64,000 nt of DNA from positions 1 to 64,000 of the forward strand of contig NIVC01000611.1 of NCBI GenBank assembly GCA_002269645.1, given 5' to 3'. Made by a program: the position numbers and the translations under genes. The notes under the pieces are model-generated. The model saw only the letters and a list, made by a program, of their open reading frames with translations. It was not told the DNA's origin and did not search any database. The DNA comes from Macrostomum lignano (lineage: Eukaryota). Of the stretch, positions 12,163 through 23,655 are shown in pieces. Every line of letters starts with the position of its first letter. The first letter of the stretch is position 1.

Positions 12163-13005
12163 CATTCGCAGTTGACTAAATGTTTTCTAAGAAAGACAGA
12201 CGGTGTGGAAGTTACCATGGCAACTGGTTAAAATATGATAATGAAACGAACGCACAGACCAAATGCCAAAATGCTAAAAAAAGTAGCGCCAAGGTGTTTA
12301 AAGCTGAATAATTAAGTAATAAAGCTGGCATGCTACAAATCCAGTTTCACTTTACTGTAAGTTGACAACCACAGCAGCTCTCAGAGGCTGTCAGCTCACT
12401 CGTTAACCAGCTCTCCCGCTCCCAGTGGTTTAACCGCAATCCGATCTCGCACCAAACACGAGCCTCGGCTGTTTTATGCAGGTTTAAACAAGCATTCAAG
12501 CTACCAAAACTGCTGTACAGTCCATTAGTGCAGCGCATGGCTCAATTGCTTTTCTACCCTGCAACTATCTCTCTTTGGTCTCCCTCTTGCGGCATGGAGT
12601 GTGCAAGTCTGCAGTCCTCTGCATTGTCGGTCCATCCATCGTTCTTAGCTGCGCTGGAGACTCAACTATTTTTTTCTTCGAAGAAGAGAGACGTCTAAGT
12701 GAGCTGAGGGTTTTTTACTGTCCGAATGAGAGCAGTGTACTCAGATCTCTATTATAGTCCTCTCTGCCCCGCCTCTCTCCCTCATTCTGGTCCGGTGACC
12801 TCGGATCCAGGGGGGGGGGCGCAGACACTGCTGGCATAACTTGGCTCTGTGCGTGCGCAAGTCGTGCTAAGTGTAGTGCTCGGGGGCTGGCAGGGACCTT
12901 TGTGAATCTGCTGGACTGGCTTGTTCAATGATTGCTCGATAATTTTGATATGAAAATCTAGGAATACAAAATCAGTTTGTTATAAATGACAAGAAATCGA
13001 CGAAC

Positions 13006-13215
13006 TCAGCGCCAATACAAGCGGTGGGTGTCAGGATCAGCGCCAATACAAGCGGTGGGTGTCAGGATCAGCGCCAATACAAGCGGTGGGTGTCAGGATC
13101 AGCGCCAATTCAAGCGGTGGGTGTCAGGATCAGCGCCAATACAAGCGGTGAGTGTCAGGATCAGCGCCAATACAAGCGGTGGGTGTCAGGATCAGCGCCA
13201 ATACAAGTGGTGGGT
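13006..13215. repeat. 31-bp minisatellite upstream of tetraspanin A
   Basis: Unit CAATACAAGCGGTGGGTGTCAGGATCAGCGC, about 6 copies. Confidence 0.9.
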
Positions 13216-13601
13216 GGGTGGGTGTAGAAAAAGGAAACTAATCGCAGCTACAAGAGACTGCAGAAATCTAGAAAGTTTTTTTGTGGGCAGATTGGATCTG
13301 TTGGCTTCCAGTCCAGGGTGACTCGGAGGTCCCCCGGTCTCGGGGTCTGGCCAGACCCACCCCAGCTTGGTTTTGTGTGTTTTTTCTTTCCTTTCTAGCT
13401 CGCAAATTCGAATCAAAAAGGCCTGCATTTTCTGGCCAAGTTCTAAGTTAGTCTCTGACGCTCTTTTCCACCCGCCTGTCAGGAACTCGACTTATTGTTT
13501 TGACAATAGTTTGTATTTCTCTCTCAGTTTGCGCTTGCAAATCTCAAGCATTCTATAAGCAAATTATCTGGAAATCAGCAAAAAAGCAACTAGAAGCAAA
13601 C

Positions 13602-16600
13602 ATGGCTTCCGACGGACCTCTGGCCTGCTGTAGAGTTCTTTGCTGCGTGTTTATTGTGTTCGTTAACATTATCAGCATTGTGAGTGGCCTGAGGGGTTTG
13701 ATCTCCGAAATGTAATTGTAAATTATGAACCTCACAGACTGACATGTTAGTTCTGTTGATTTAGAAATTGAGCTGATAGGCATTAGAGTGGGTGTCAGAA
13801 TTAGTGCCGCGCCAATGAGGGTGTCAGGATCAGCGCCAGTGAGGGTGTCAGGATCAGCGCCAGTGAGGGTGTCAGGATCAGCGCCAGTGAGGGTGTCAGG
13901 ATCAGCGCCAGTGAGGGTGTCAGGATCAGCGCCAGTGAGGGTGTCAGGATCAGCGCCAGTGAGGGTGTCAGGATCAGCGCCAGTGAGGGTGTCAGGATCG
14001 GCGCCAGTGAGGGTGTCAGGATCAGCGCCAGTGAGAGTGTCAGGATCAGGTCAATGAGGGTGTCAGGATCAGGTCAATGAGGGTGTCAGGATCAGCGCCA
14101 GTGAGGGTGTCAGGATCAGCGCCAGTGAGGGTGTCAGGATCAGCACCAGTGAGGGTGTCAGGATCGGCGCCAGTGAGGGTGTCAGGATCGGCGCCAGTGA
14201 GGGTGTCAGGATCAGCACAAGTGAGGGTGTCAGGATCGGCGCCAGTGAGGGTGTCAGGATCAGCGCCAGTGAGGGTGTCAGGATCAGCGCCACTCCGAAT
14301 CTTCCCCTGCAGATATTCGGAGTGCTGTTCAGCATCCTGGGCATCCTGCTGTTGGTGGGGTCATCCCTGATCCAGTCGATGTCTTCAACGGCTGCTTCCG
14401 ACGGTGGCAACCAAACAGTCTCGATGTTCGGCAGCCAGGTTAACGTTAGCAACTATTATTCGAGTCTGTCTGTCCTGTCCGGCTCGATGGCTGGCGTTCT
14501 CATCGGGCTGGGGATCATCATCGTTATTGTGAGCTGCATCGGCTGCTTCGGAGCCTGCATCGGCGTCCCCGCCTGCCTCATCATTGTGAGAGCCTGCGGA
14601 TGTGTGCAATTATTTGAGATTTTTGAAGCAGATCTGAAATTGATTGAAGTTTGCATTTTTCTCTACGTGTAGACAAACTTATTCAGCCAAAACAAGAAGT
14701 AGCTTGAAGAAAATTCTTCTTTATCTTCAAGTCTTTCTGGATTGCCAGAACCGGAACCGGAAGAAGCTCTTAGCCTGGCTGGATTGCCAGAAGCGGGAAC
14801 CGGAAGTAGCTCTTAGCCTGGCTGGATTGCCAGAAGCGGGAACCGGAAGAAGCTCTTAGCCTGGCTGGATTGCCAGAAGCGGGAACCGGAAGAAGCTCTT
14901 AGCCTGGCTGGATTGCCAGAAGCGAAAACCGGAAGTAGCTCTTAGCCTGGCTGGATTGCCAGAAGCGGGAACCGGAAGTAGCTCTTAGCCTGGCTGGATT
15001 GCCAGAAGCGGGAACCGGAAGTAGCTCTTAGTCTGGCTGGATTGCCAGAAGCAGGAACCGGAAGTAGCTCTTAGTCTACCTGGATTGCCAGAAGCGGGAA
15101 CCGGAAGTAGCTCTTAGTCTGGCTGGATTGGTTCAGCCAAAATTGGAGTTTAAATTTTGCAATAATTTACTGAAAATCAGGTATTACTCGTAGTTGGATA
15201 CCTACAAACATACCTAGATAAATACCTACCTATAGATACTAGATAGACAAACTATTTTTATTAAATGGAACTCTATTACATTGATAATTGCATGCAGTAA
15301 ATAAGTCAAAGTTTTAGTAACAGCAGAATCAAAATTGATGCATTTTTCACTTTTCAATCTAATCAGTACGTCGTGTGCGTTAGTCTGCTATTCCTGGGAC
15401 AAGTTGTCGTCATAATCATGTGGTTCGTCAATTCCAACATTGTGAGTCATTGTATTATTTGCATCGTAAACAATTGTCCCCACCACAAACCACTCCAGTT
15501 CAACTTCCACCCAAACCCATCCAGTTCAACCCCCCTCCAAACCGCTCCAGTTCAACACTCCACCCCAAACCACTCCAGTTCAACCCCCCAAACCACTCCA
15601 GTTCAACCCCCTTCCAAACCGCTCCAGTTCAACACCCCCACCCCAAACCACTCCAGTTCAACACCCCCAACCCCAAACCACTCCAGTTCAACACCCCCAA
15701 CCCCAAACCACTCCAGTTCAAGCAGGGCACCAGAGACTCACTGCAAGTCCAGGTCTCCAAATTCAAAGGCGACCGCGGCGATGACGTGGATTCGGCCAGC
15801 CTGAGCATGGTGCAGGCCATGTTCGGGTGCTGCGGCGTTGACAACGGCACGGATTTTCACGTTGGCAGCCCCAACTGGAACCGGAGTTACACATTGACAG
15901 ACAACAACAACAGGACCTTCACTTTCAGTGGGTGTCGCTACCGTGAAATTGACTAACCTATAAACTGAGCTAAACTGAGCTAAAGTGACTTAAACTGTCC
16001 TAAACTGACCTAAACTGACCTAAACTGACCTAAACTGACCTTAACTGACCTTAACTGACCTTAACTGACCTAAACTGACCTTAACTGACCTAAACAGACC
16101 TAAACTGACTTTAACTGACCTTAACTGACCTTAACTGACCTAAACTGACTTTAACTGACCTAAACTGACTTTAACTGACCTAAACTGACCTTAACTGACC
16201 TAAACTGACTTTAACTGACCTAAACTGACCTTAACTGACCTAAACTGACTTAAAATTACCTAAACTTACTTAAGCTGACATAAACTGACCTAAACTTACT
16301 TTAATTGGCCTAAACGGACCAAGACGGGGCAAAACTAACTAAAATAATCTGACCTAATCGCTGACCATAGCTTGAAATTAATAAACTGGCCTAAGCTGAT
16401 AATAACTCATAAAAACTAACTCACAAGCTGACTTTATCTGACATAAAATTACTATACCTGGGCTAAACTAATCAGACCTGGCCAATAACTGGCATATGCT
16501 GACCTAAGCGTGTCTCAAATGCACAATTTAAGAAACCTACCCGACTGAAACTCGCAGATCTGACCTATCCGGTTACCTGCTGCAAGTTTCACCTAAACAA

Positions 16601-17895
16601 CTACACCCTAATTGATCCGTATTGCCCGTACAACGGTTCGAGCGATCCGACTGTCAGTAACTCGAATATTGGCTGCCACGGTCGAGTCTGGGAGGTCATC
16701 GACACCCAATGGCAGTTGAACCGGTTCTTCTATGGGCTGTGTGGGACGCTAGGACTTCAGGTGCGTTTTATTGGGAGGATTACGAATATTCTACAAGGCC
16801 ATAGACTAGAAGGCCATAGACTACAATAAAGGCCATAGACTACAAGGCCATAGACTACAAGGCAATATACTACAAAGCCATAGACTACAAGGCCATAGAC
16901 AACAAAGCCATAGATTACAAGGCAATATACTACAAAGCTATAGACTACAAAGCCATAGACTACAAAGCCATAGACAACAAAGCCATAGACAACAAAGCCA
17001 TAGACAACAAAGCCATAGACTACAAGGCCATAGACAAAAATTAAGGCCATAGACTACAAGGCCATAGACTACAAGGCCATAGACTACAAAGACATAGACT
17101 ACAAGGCCATAGACTACAAGGCCATATGCTACAAGGCCATAGACTACAAGGCCATAGACAACAAAGCCATAGACAACAAAGCCATAGACAACAAAGCCAT
17201 AGACTACAAGGCCATAGACAAAAATTAAGGCCATAGACTACAAGGCCATATGCTACAAGGCCATAGACTACAAGGCCATAGACTAGTGTCATGCCGCAGC
17301 CCTGCACTCGCTTGTTGTTGCTAAACGGGGTGCCTAGCAGTGTGGGGTGCTCACGCACTGTACTTACTTAGTGTACACTGTAGCCCGGTTTTCCTCCCCC
17401 TTTTTATGCCTGTTATGCCAACGCGGCCGCACGTGATTGGCTGAGGCCTAAAGGCCCAAATATATATCGGCGCTCTCGCCCTACTTGGAGGGCCAAGCGT
17501 TTTCGCACAGCAAAAATTGAGACTGACTTCTGAGTCATTACAACTAGAAGGCTATAGACTACAAGGCCATAGACTACAAGGCCATAGACAACAAGACCAT
17601 AGACTACAAGACCATAGACTACAAGAGCATAGACTATAAAGCCATAGACTACAAGGCCATAGACTAGAAGGCTATAGGACTACAGGACCAAAGATCTACA
17701 TGTATAGAGTCAAACGATGAGGCCATAAACTATAGAAGACAGTATAGACCGCATACTGAACACCCAGCCGCACCCCCACAGATTCTGCTCATCATCGGTG
17801 CCCTGGTGATCTTCACCGTGAAGCGCCAAGAGCAGCAGGCCAGCCGCAGTGCCCATGCCGAGGTCGAGTACAAGATGGTGCGGCAGAATATTTGA
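13602..17895 (+). CDS. Tetraspanin (paralog A), 314 aa
   Basis: Exons 13602-13679, 14313-14585, 15367-15441, 15726-15927, 16558-16760 and 17782-17895 (945 nt, phases 0,0,0,1,0). Four hydrophobic segments. TM2 ends SCIGCFGAC. EC2 has CCG, PVTCC, a further C and GC. Confidence 0.9.
13784..14292. repeat. 24-bp minisatellite, tetraspanin A intron 1
   Basis: Unit GAGGGTGTCAGGATCAGCGCCAGT. Ends 20 nt before the acceptor at 14312. Confidence 0.95.
14737..15130. repeat. 43-bp minisatellite, tetraspanin A intron 2
   Basis: Unit CTTAGCCTGGCTGGATTGCCAGAAGCGGGAACCGGAAGTAGCT, 9 copies. Confidence 0.95.
15480..15722. repeat. About 30-bp minisatellite, tetraspanin A intron 3
   Basis: Unit CCCCAAACCACTCCAGTTCAACACCCCCAA. 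The last unit runs directly into the acceptor (TTCAAGCAG, 15725). Confidence 0.9.
15950..16320. repeat. 10-bp minisatellite, tetraspanin A intron 4
   Basis: Unit TAAACTGACC / TTAACTGACC. Confidence 0.9.
16797..17690. repeat. 15-bp minisatellite, tetraspanin A intron 5, interrupted by a solo LTR
   Basis: Unit GGCCATAGACTACAA. Contains an internal 184-bp higher-order duplication: the AAAAATTAAGG marker occurs at about 17036 and 17220. Confidence 0.95.
17287..17542. mobile_element. Solo LTR of an LTR retrotransposon, 256 bp
   Basis: TGTCATG...CATTACA termini (TG..CA, imperfect 7-bp inverted ends). Perfect 5-bp TSD ACTAG (17282-17286 and 17543-17547). Internal GATTGGC and TATATA. Confidence 0.75.
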
Positions 17896-18149
17896 GCTCA
17901 GCTATGGAGTGCTATTTTACAAATTTTCTACGTTGACACCGACTTATAAGCATGAACCTGAACTCAGACTGAGGTTTAGAAGGAATCTCACTTCTTCTTT
18001 TTATCGACTGTAAACAAACATTAGACATTTTTATCATCTCACAGATCATGTGAGCTTTTTTTTATAATCATTTTAATTCTGTTCCTTCTTTCACTTGCGT
18101 ACCGAATGAAAGAATTGATGACTGCCTCGGCGGATTTCCCCACCCGCTC

Positions 18150-18530
18150 CTCTAATCTCTCTTCCCTTCCTCTCCCTTCATCTCCCTTTCGTTCCTCTCC
18201 CTTCATCTCCCTTTCCTTCCTCTCCCTTCATCTCCATTTCCTTCCTCTCCCTTCATCTCAATTTCCTTCCTCTCCCTTTCCTTCCTCTCCCTTCATCTCC
18301 CTTTCCTTCCTCTCCCTTCATCTCCATTTCCTTCCTCTCCCTTCATCTCCCTTTCCTTCCTCTCCCTTCATCTCCCTTTCCTTCCTCTCCCTTCATCTCC
18401 CTTTCCTTCCTCTCCCTTCATCTCCCTTTCCTTCCTCTCCCTTCATCTCACTTCCCTTCTTCTCCCTCCATCTCACTTCCCTTCTCCCTTCATCTCACTT
18501 CCCTGCCCTTCTTCTCCTATCATCTCTCTT
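18150..18530. repeat. Pyrimidine-rich satellite-like tract
   Basis: TCTCCCTTCA / TCTCCCTTTCCTTCC iterations. Confidence 0.85.
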
Positions 18531-19546
18531 CCCTGGTTCTTTCTATTCCAATCTTATATCCTTGTATACAAAACCTCAAAATCCGTAACCAGCTCCACAT
18601 CCCCAATAGTCTGATTTCCCAAAGGGTAGCTATCAGTCCTTTTCATTTATCCCATTAATTTAGCCCGCAAGTGTCTATCCAGAATCACAAAAATTATCAT
18701 ATTTCTTTCCTGTACAAAAAACATTTTCGTTTTGAACTTTTCAATCACATTTCGGTTTAATACTCGGTCACGCGAAAAAGATTCGTTATTATAGCACCAG
18801 GCTCTGAAAGCTATTTGTTTTAATCAATACGTTTTGTAGAAGTTTTACTGCGTCGTGGACTAACAATATATGCTTATATACTACTGTAGTAGCTTAATCA
18901 TATTTGTATGATTGCAACGACATCTGATTCTAATCTAATTAATTTAGTAGAAATCGATTGCAGCTCCAGCTCGCACAGCCTGACTGACTGTTCGGACATG
19001 AAGGAGTTCAAGAGGAAAGTTCATTTCGAAAAATGTACTTTTGTACTGGATAAGGTTGTTTTTAAATTATAACGGTTAGAAATTTATTTCTAATGTATAT
19101 GCTACTGTCTGTCTGCACTACTGCTAGTACAAAGCATCGTTTCTATAGTGCTAATTTATCCTAAAAATACAAAAAGTGCTTATAACCCTCTATTCTGCAC
19201 AAACAATAACTGAGTGAATGGAGATAAAAAAATTAACTTATTTCTTTGTTTTATGTAATAGTTTTACTGCAATAAAAGTATCGAAAGGTACATATGATCA
19301 CGGTTATAACACGCACGTGTACATGCACAGAGTCAAATAACCTAAAGGGGTGGGTACTGTAATAAAGCAGCTAAATTTGTGGTAGATTTAAACAAAAAAT
19401 TAAATTTTAAATTTTAAATTTACACAATATACTCGTACACACTTCTTGCTTCCATGGTTAGCTTTGATCAGATATAGTGTGCAATTTATGAGAGCAGTTT
19501 AATCCCCATCAGGGTATGGAGATTAGTAATCCCAGATTATCCCTGG

Positions 19547-22544
19547 CTAAATGTTTCTAGCTTTGAACACGATCTTGTGCAGCGGCGGGGACCTCAGCAC
19601 GGTGCCCTTGGAGAAGCTCGGATCCTCGGTGAGCTGCCACATTGTCCGGCTGTCCTCGGGGTCCAGGCTGAAGCTGTAGCGCTGCACAAGAGCCACGAAG
19701 AACACCAGCAGCTCCATGCGGGCCAGACTCTCGCCAAGGCAGGCCCTCTTGCCCAGGCCGAAGGTGGACAGGTGCGGGCTGGCCGCAAACTGCCCGTCCT
19801 CCTTCAGGTGCCGCTCCGGCAGAAACTTCTCCGGCTGCGGGAACACCGCCGGGTCGTGGTGGATGGCGTACGTGTTGAAGGTGCAGATGCTGTCTGGCTG
19901 AAGCTTCCAGCCGCCACTGTTCGCCAGAGTGACTTCGTCCACAACTCGGTGGAAAACTCCCATTGGGGCGAGGCTGGCTTTGCGGTTGACTTCTTCGAGC
20001 ACGGCCTTGAAAATGAAGGACATCGTTGAGCGAGGGACATAAGAGAACATCATCTGAGACGAGGACATTGCCTGCTTAGAGAACATCATCTGAGACGAGG
20101 ACATTACCTGCTTAGAGAACATCATCTGAGACGAGGACATTACCTGCTTAGAGAACATCATCTGAGACGAGGACATTACCTGCTTAGAGAACATCATCTG
20201 AGACGAGGACATTGCCTGCTTAGAGAACATCATCTGAGACGAGGACATTGCCTGCTTAGAGAACATCATCTGAGACGAGGACATTGCCTGCTTAGAGAAC
20301 ATCATCTGAGACGAGGACATTACCTGCTTAGAGAACATCATCTGAGACGAGGACATTACCTGCTTAGAGAACATCATCTGAGACGAGGACATTGCCTGCT
20401 TAGAGAACATCATCTGAGACGAGGACATTGCCTGCTTAGAGAACATCATCTGAGACGAGGACATTGCCTGCTTAGAGAACATCATCTGAGACGAGGACAT
20501 TGCCTGCTTAGAGAACATCATCTGAGACGAGGACATTGCCTGCTTAGAGAACATCATCTGAGACGAGGACATTGCCTGCTTAGAGAACATCATCTGAGAC
20601 GAGGACATTGCCTGCTTAGAGAACATCATCTGAGACGAGGACATTGCCTGCTTAAAGAACATCATCTGAGATGAAGACATTGCCTGCTTCGAGAACATCA
20701 TCTGAGACGAGGACATTACCTGCTTAGAGAACCACATCTGAGACGAGGACATTGCCTGCTTAGAGAACATGGTGTAGACCTCGGTCGAAGACATCGTCTT
20801 TTTGAAGATGGCTTATAAACATTGCCTGTTTGAGGGAATCATCTGACAACCGACATCACCTGCTTTAATCAGTCATGCATCAGTCATGCATCAGTCATAA
20901 AACCTTGTATATAGCTAGATAATATGGGAAATGGGCCCGCGCCTCTACATCGAGTTACTGGCAATTTTCTCCCAACCTGAGTGTACGGCAGTGCCGCTTT
21001 GTCCTGCATAGTGGGCAGCCGGTCGTTTCCAATGGCCTTCACAACCTCTTTGTGCACTTTCTCGCAGACATCCGGGTTGTCAATCATGTAGAGGATCGCC
21101 CAGCGAAGCGTGTTGGCCGTGGTGTCGGTGCCAGCGACGAACAGGTCGCTGACGGCCATGGTCAGACGGGTGTTGTTGAACATTTCGGGCTGGTCGCGCT
21201 GGTACAACAGGTGCGCCTCGATATAGTCTCTGTGTGGTAACGTTTTTTCACAGGGCTGCCTATACATTTACAGGTAAATGTACATGGAAGTATATGTAAC
21301 AAAAGTACATATACTACAGATACTACAGATATTTCTTGAGAATACTAAGTCAGATAGAGTGCGTTATGGGCCACTATAGCTGAGCATGTGCATGTTTATG
21401 TACCATATTATTGACCCTGCACCTCTTTCAGATGTACCTCATTGTCAGACAAAGAAACAGTACGTCATCGACAGACATGCACCTCAGTATCATCAGAGAT
21501 TTATGTGCCTCATCCACAGATATGCACATGATCATCAAAAGTACACTACTAAAGTACATGTATACTGTTAGTGGTCCTTGGTTTTAAATTTACGGGTTTG
21601 ACGAGCAACTGCACTTCTTATGATCAGGTACATATCTGTACTGTACTGTTCGTGGTCCTTGTGTAAAACTCGTCGTTGGATTAAACAGCGACATTCATCG
21701 GTTGAAAAATTCCTCCATAAACTCACCTGGCTCTATCGACGCCCTCCATCTCGGCAATGTGCCTGTCCCGCTGTTCGTTGCAGTAGCTCTGCAGTCTCAA
21801 AAAATCGTCAATGGCAGCCTTGGAAGCCGGCGTTTTGAACAGCAGATCGGCAATGAAAGGAAATCTCTCGATCACTGGCATCAGCGTCAGAAACATCGCG
21901 TTAGCCGAGTTCGTATCTTCGTTGTGTGTAATCTTGCGGAACACTTCGAGGATTTCTCCGAACTTCTCGTCCTCCGAGGCCAGCCGAGAGCCGAACACCA
22001 GCTGGCAGATGATGTTGCTGGTCGCCGTGCTCAACAGCACCGAAGTTTCCACCGGCTTCCCAGCCGCTTCGTCGAGCGTCTGCCGCAGGTGCTCCGCCTC
22101 AACGGCGATGATTTCCTCGGCGCCGCGTCGGCCGAAGCCGAAGTCGCGCAGCGTCTTCAACGTGAAGCGACGGTACTCGCGCCACACCTCGCCGTCCGAA
22201 GCCACAATGCCGCCGATGTCGCCGAACAGACGGGCGGTGAGCTTTTGGCTCGGACGTCCCGACAGCTGGTCGGCGTTTTCCACCATGGCCTCCTTGAATG
22301 CGGACCACTTGTTAAACACGTAGACGCACTGGGTGCCGAAGTGCACTCGAACGACGGGCTCCGAGCCGAAGTTCTCGTACAGCCAGAGGTACAGCGGCTC
22401 GCGGATGTGGCGCATGCTGCCGACCAGAGGGTAGCGACCAACTGACGGAGGCTCCCTGCCGTCCTCCAGCCGCTTCCGGCCGAACCAGTACAGTCCCAGG
22501 GCTGCGGCACCGCCGGCTAACACTAGGCTAGTTGAAACTGCCAT
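19547..22544 (-). CDS. Cytochrome P450, CYP2 clan-like, 509 aa
   Basis: Exons 22544-21727, 21229-20977 and 20005-19547 (1530 nt, GT-AG). N-terminal TM followed by a PP hinge, I-helix AGTDTT, K-helix EEVNR, PERH and heme motif FGLGKRACLG. Confidence 0.92.
20042..20870. repeat. 36-bp minisatellite, P450 intron 2
   Basis: Unit GAGAACATCATCTGAGACGAGGACATTGCCTGCTTA, degenerate toward 20870. Confidence 0.95.
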
Positions 22545-23007
22545 TCTCTCAGCTGCAGTCTGCTTCAGCAAGGGTGTAAGCTTTGATTTCTGCACTAACT
22601 AACTGGTACTATCTAACAGTCGCAGGTGACAGCCAAGGTCTTCTAGCAGGCTTAATGTTGAGTGAGAAAAACGTACCGAACCCCTAGCTTTTGTGTAAGT
22701 TGTGAATGTCTGTCCGGTAGCGTAGCTTGTACATGTACAGCCCTGCGATTAATTGCTGCTTGAATAATACCTCTTAGTGTTCTTCTGTCTATGCATGTCT
22801 GCCCCAGTCTGACTATACCATACGTGCCTGTAACCTGTCATGGCTGTGTCAGTCGAGGGCAGGGCTGCAAAGTCTTCCTTGCCACCGCGTACACTGCGTG
22901 TACGTTTATACGACGTCGGTAGCGTACGCAGAGGAGGGACAGGAGGGGCTATGGCCTCTCCCCCCAATCGCACCAATAAAAATTGCTCTTCTCCAAGACA
23001 GGCACAG

Positions 23008-23655
23008 AGGCGCGCCCACCAAGACAGGGGCGCTCACCAAGAGACAGGGGCGCCCACCAAGAGACAGGGGCGCTCACCAAGAGACAGGGGCGCCCACCAA
23101 GAGACAGGGGCGCCCACCAAGAGACAGGGGCGCCCACCAAGAGACAGGGGCGCCCACCAAGAGACAGGGGCGCCCACCAAGAGACAGGGGCGCTCACCAA
23201 GAGACAGGGGCGCCCACCAAGAGACAGGGGCGCCCACCAAGAGACAGGGGCGCCCACCAAGAGACAGGGGCGCCCACCAAGAGACAGGGGCGCCCACCAA
23301 GAGACAGGGGCGCCCACCAAGAGACAGGGGCGCCCACCAAGAGACAGGGGCCAGTGGCGTACCAAACCCAATCGCCTGGGGGGGGGGGGTTGGGTTGAGT
23401 GCGGCGGGTACCAAAAACCATGAGGCAATTGAGTGCCTGCGGCGCCAAAATGAGTGCCTGCTGCGGCGCCAAAATGAGTGCCTGCGGCGCCAAAATGAGT
23501 GCCTGCGGCGCCAAAATGAGTGCCTGCGGCGCCAAAAGTGGCAATGGCATAAGGCTGGTCAGCCAGGCCAACCCGCCCCCCCCCCAATTGAAATTCCTGG
23601 CTACGCCACTGACAGGGGCGCCCCACCAAGAGACACGGGGCCGCCCACCAAGAGA
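23008..23655. repeat. 20-bp minisatellite upstream of P450, interrupted by a MITE
   Basis: Unit CAAGAGACAGGGGCGCCCAC. Resumes for about 2 degenerate units after 23612. Confidence 0.95.
23352..23611. mobile_element. hAT-family MITE, 260 bp
   Basis: Perfect 10-bp TIR CAGTGGCGTA / TACGCCACTG. Perfect 8-bp TSD ACAGGGGC (23344-23351 and 23612-23619). Internal 21-bp repeat GAGTGCCTGCGGCGCCAAAAT, about 5 copies. Confidence 0.9.

Noticed and set aside
16797-17690. CRISPR-like repeat/spacer arrangement, also considered for the other arrays
   Set aside because: Units are head-to-tail without unique spacers, the context is eukaryotic and spliced, and there are no cas genes. The single insert is a solo LTR.
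20006-20794. SSSQMMFSKQAM repeat fused in frame to the P450 C-terminus
   Set aside because: This is a 36-bp intronic array. A proper acceptor at 20006 joins LPYTQ to AVLEEVNR and restores the canonical K-helix.
21702-22510. Plus-strand ORFs over the P450 first exon
   Set aside because: Antisense shadows of GC-rich coding sequence.
22915-22970. Possible left end of an older MITE (GGTAGCGTACGCAGAGG...)
   Set aside because: No matching right terminus or TSD could be found.
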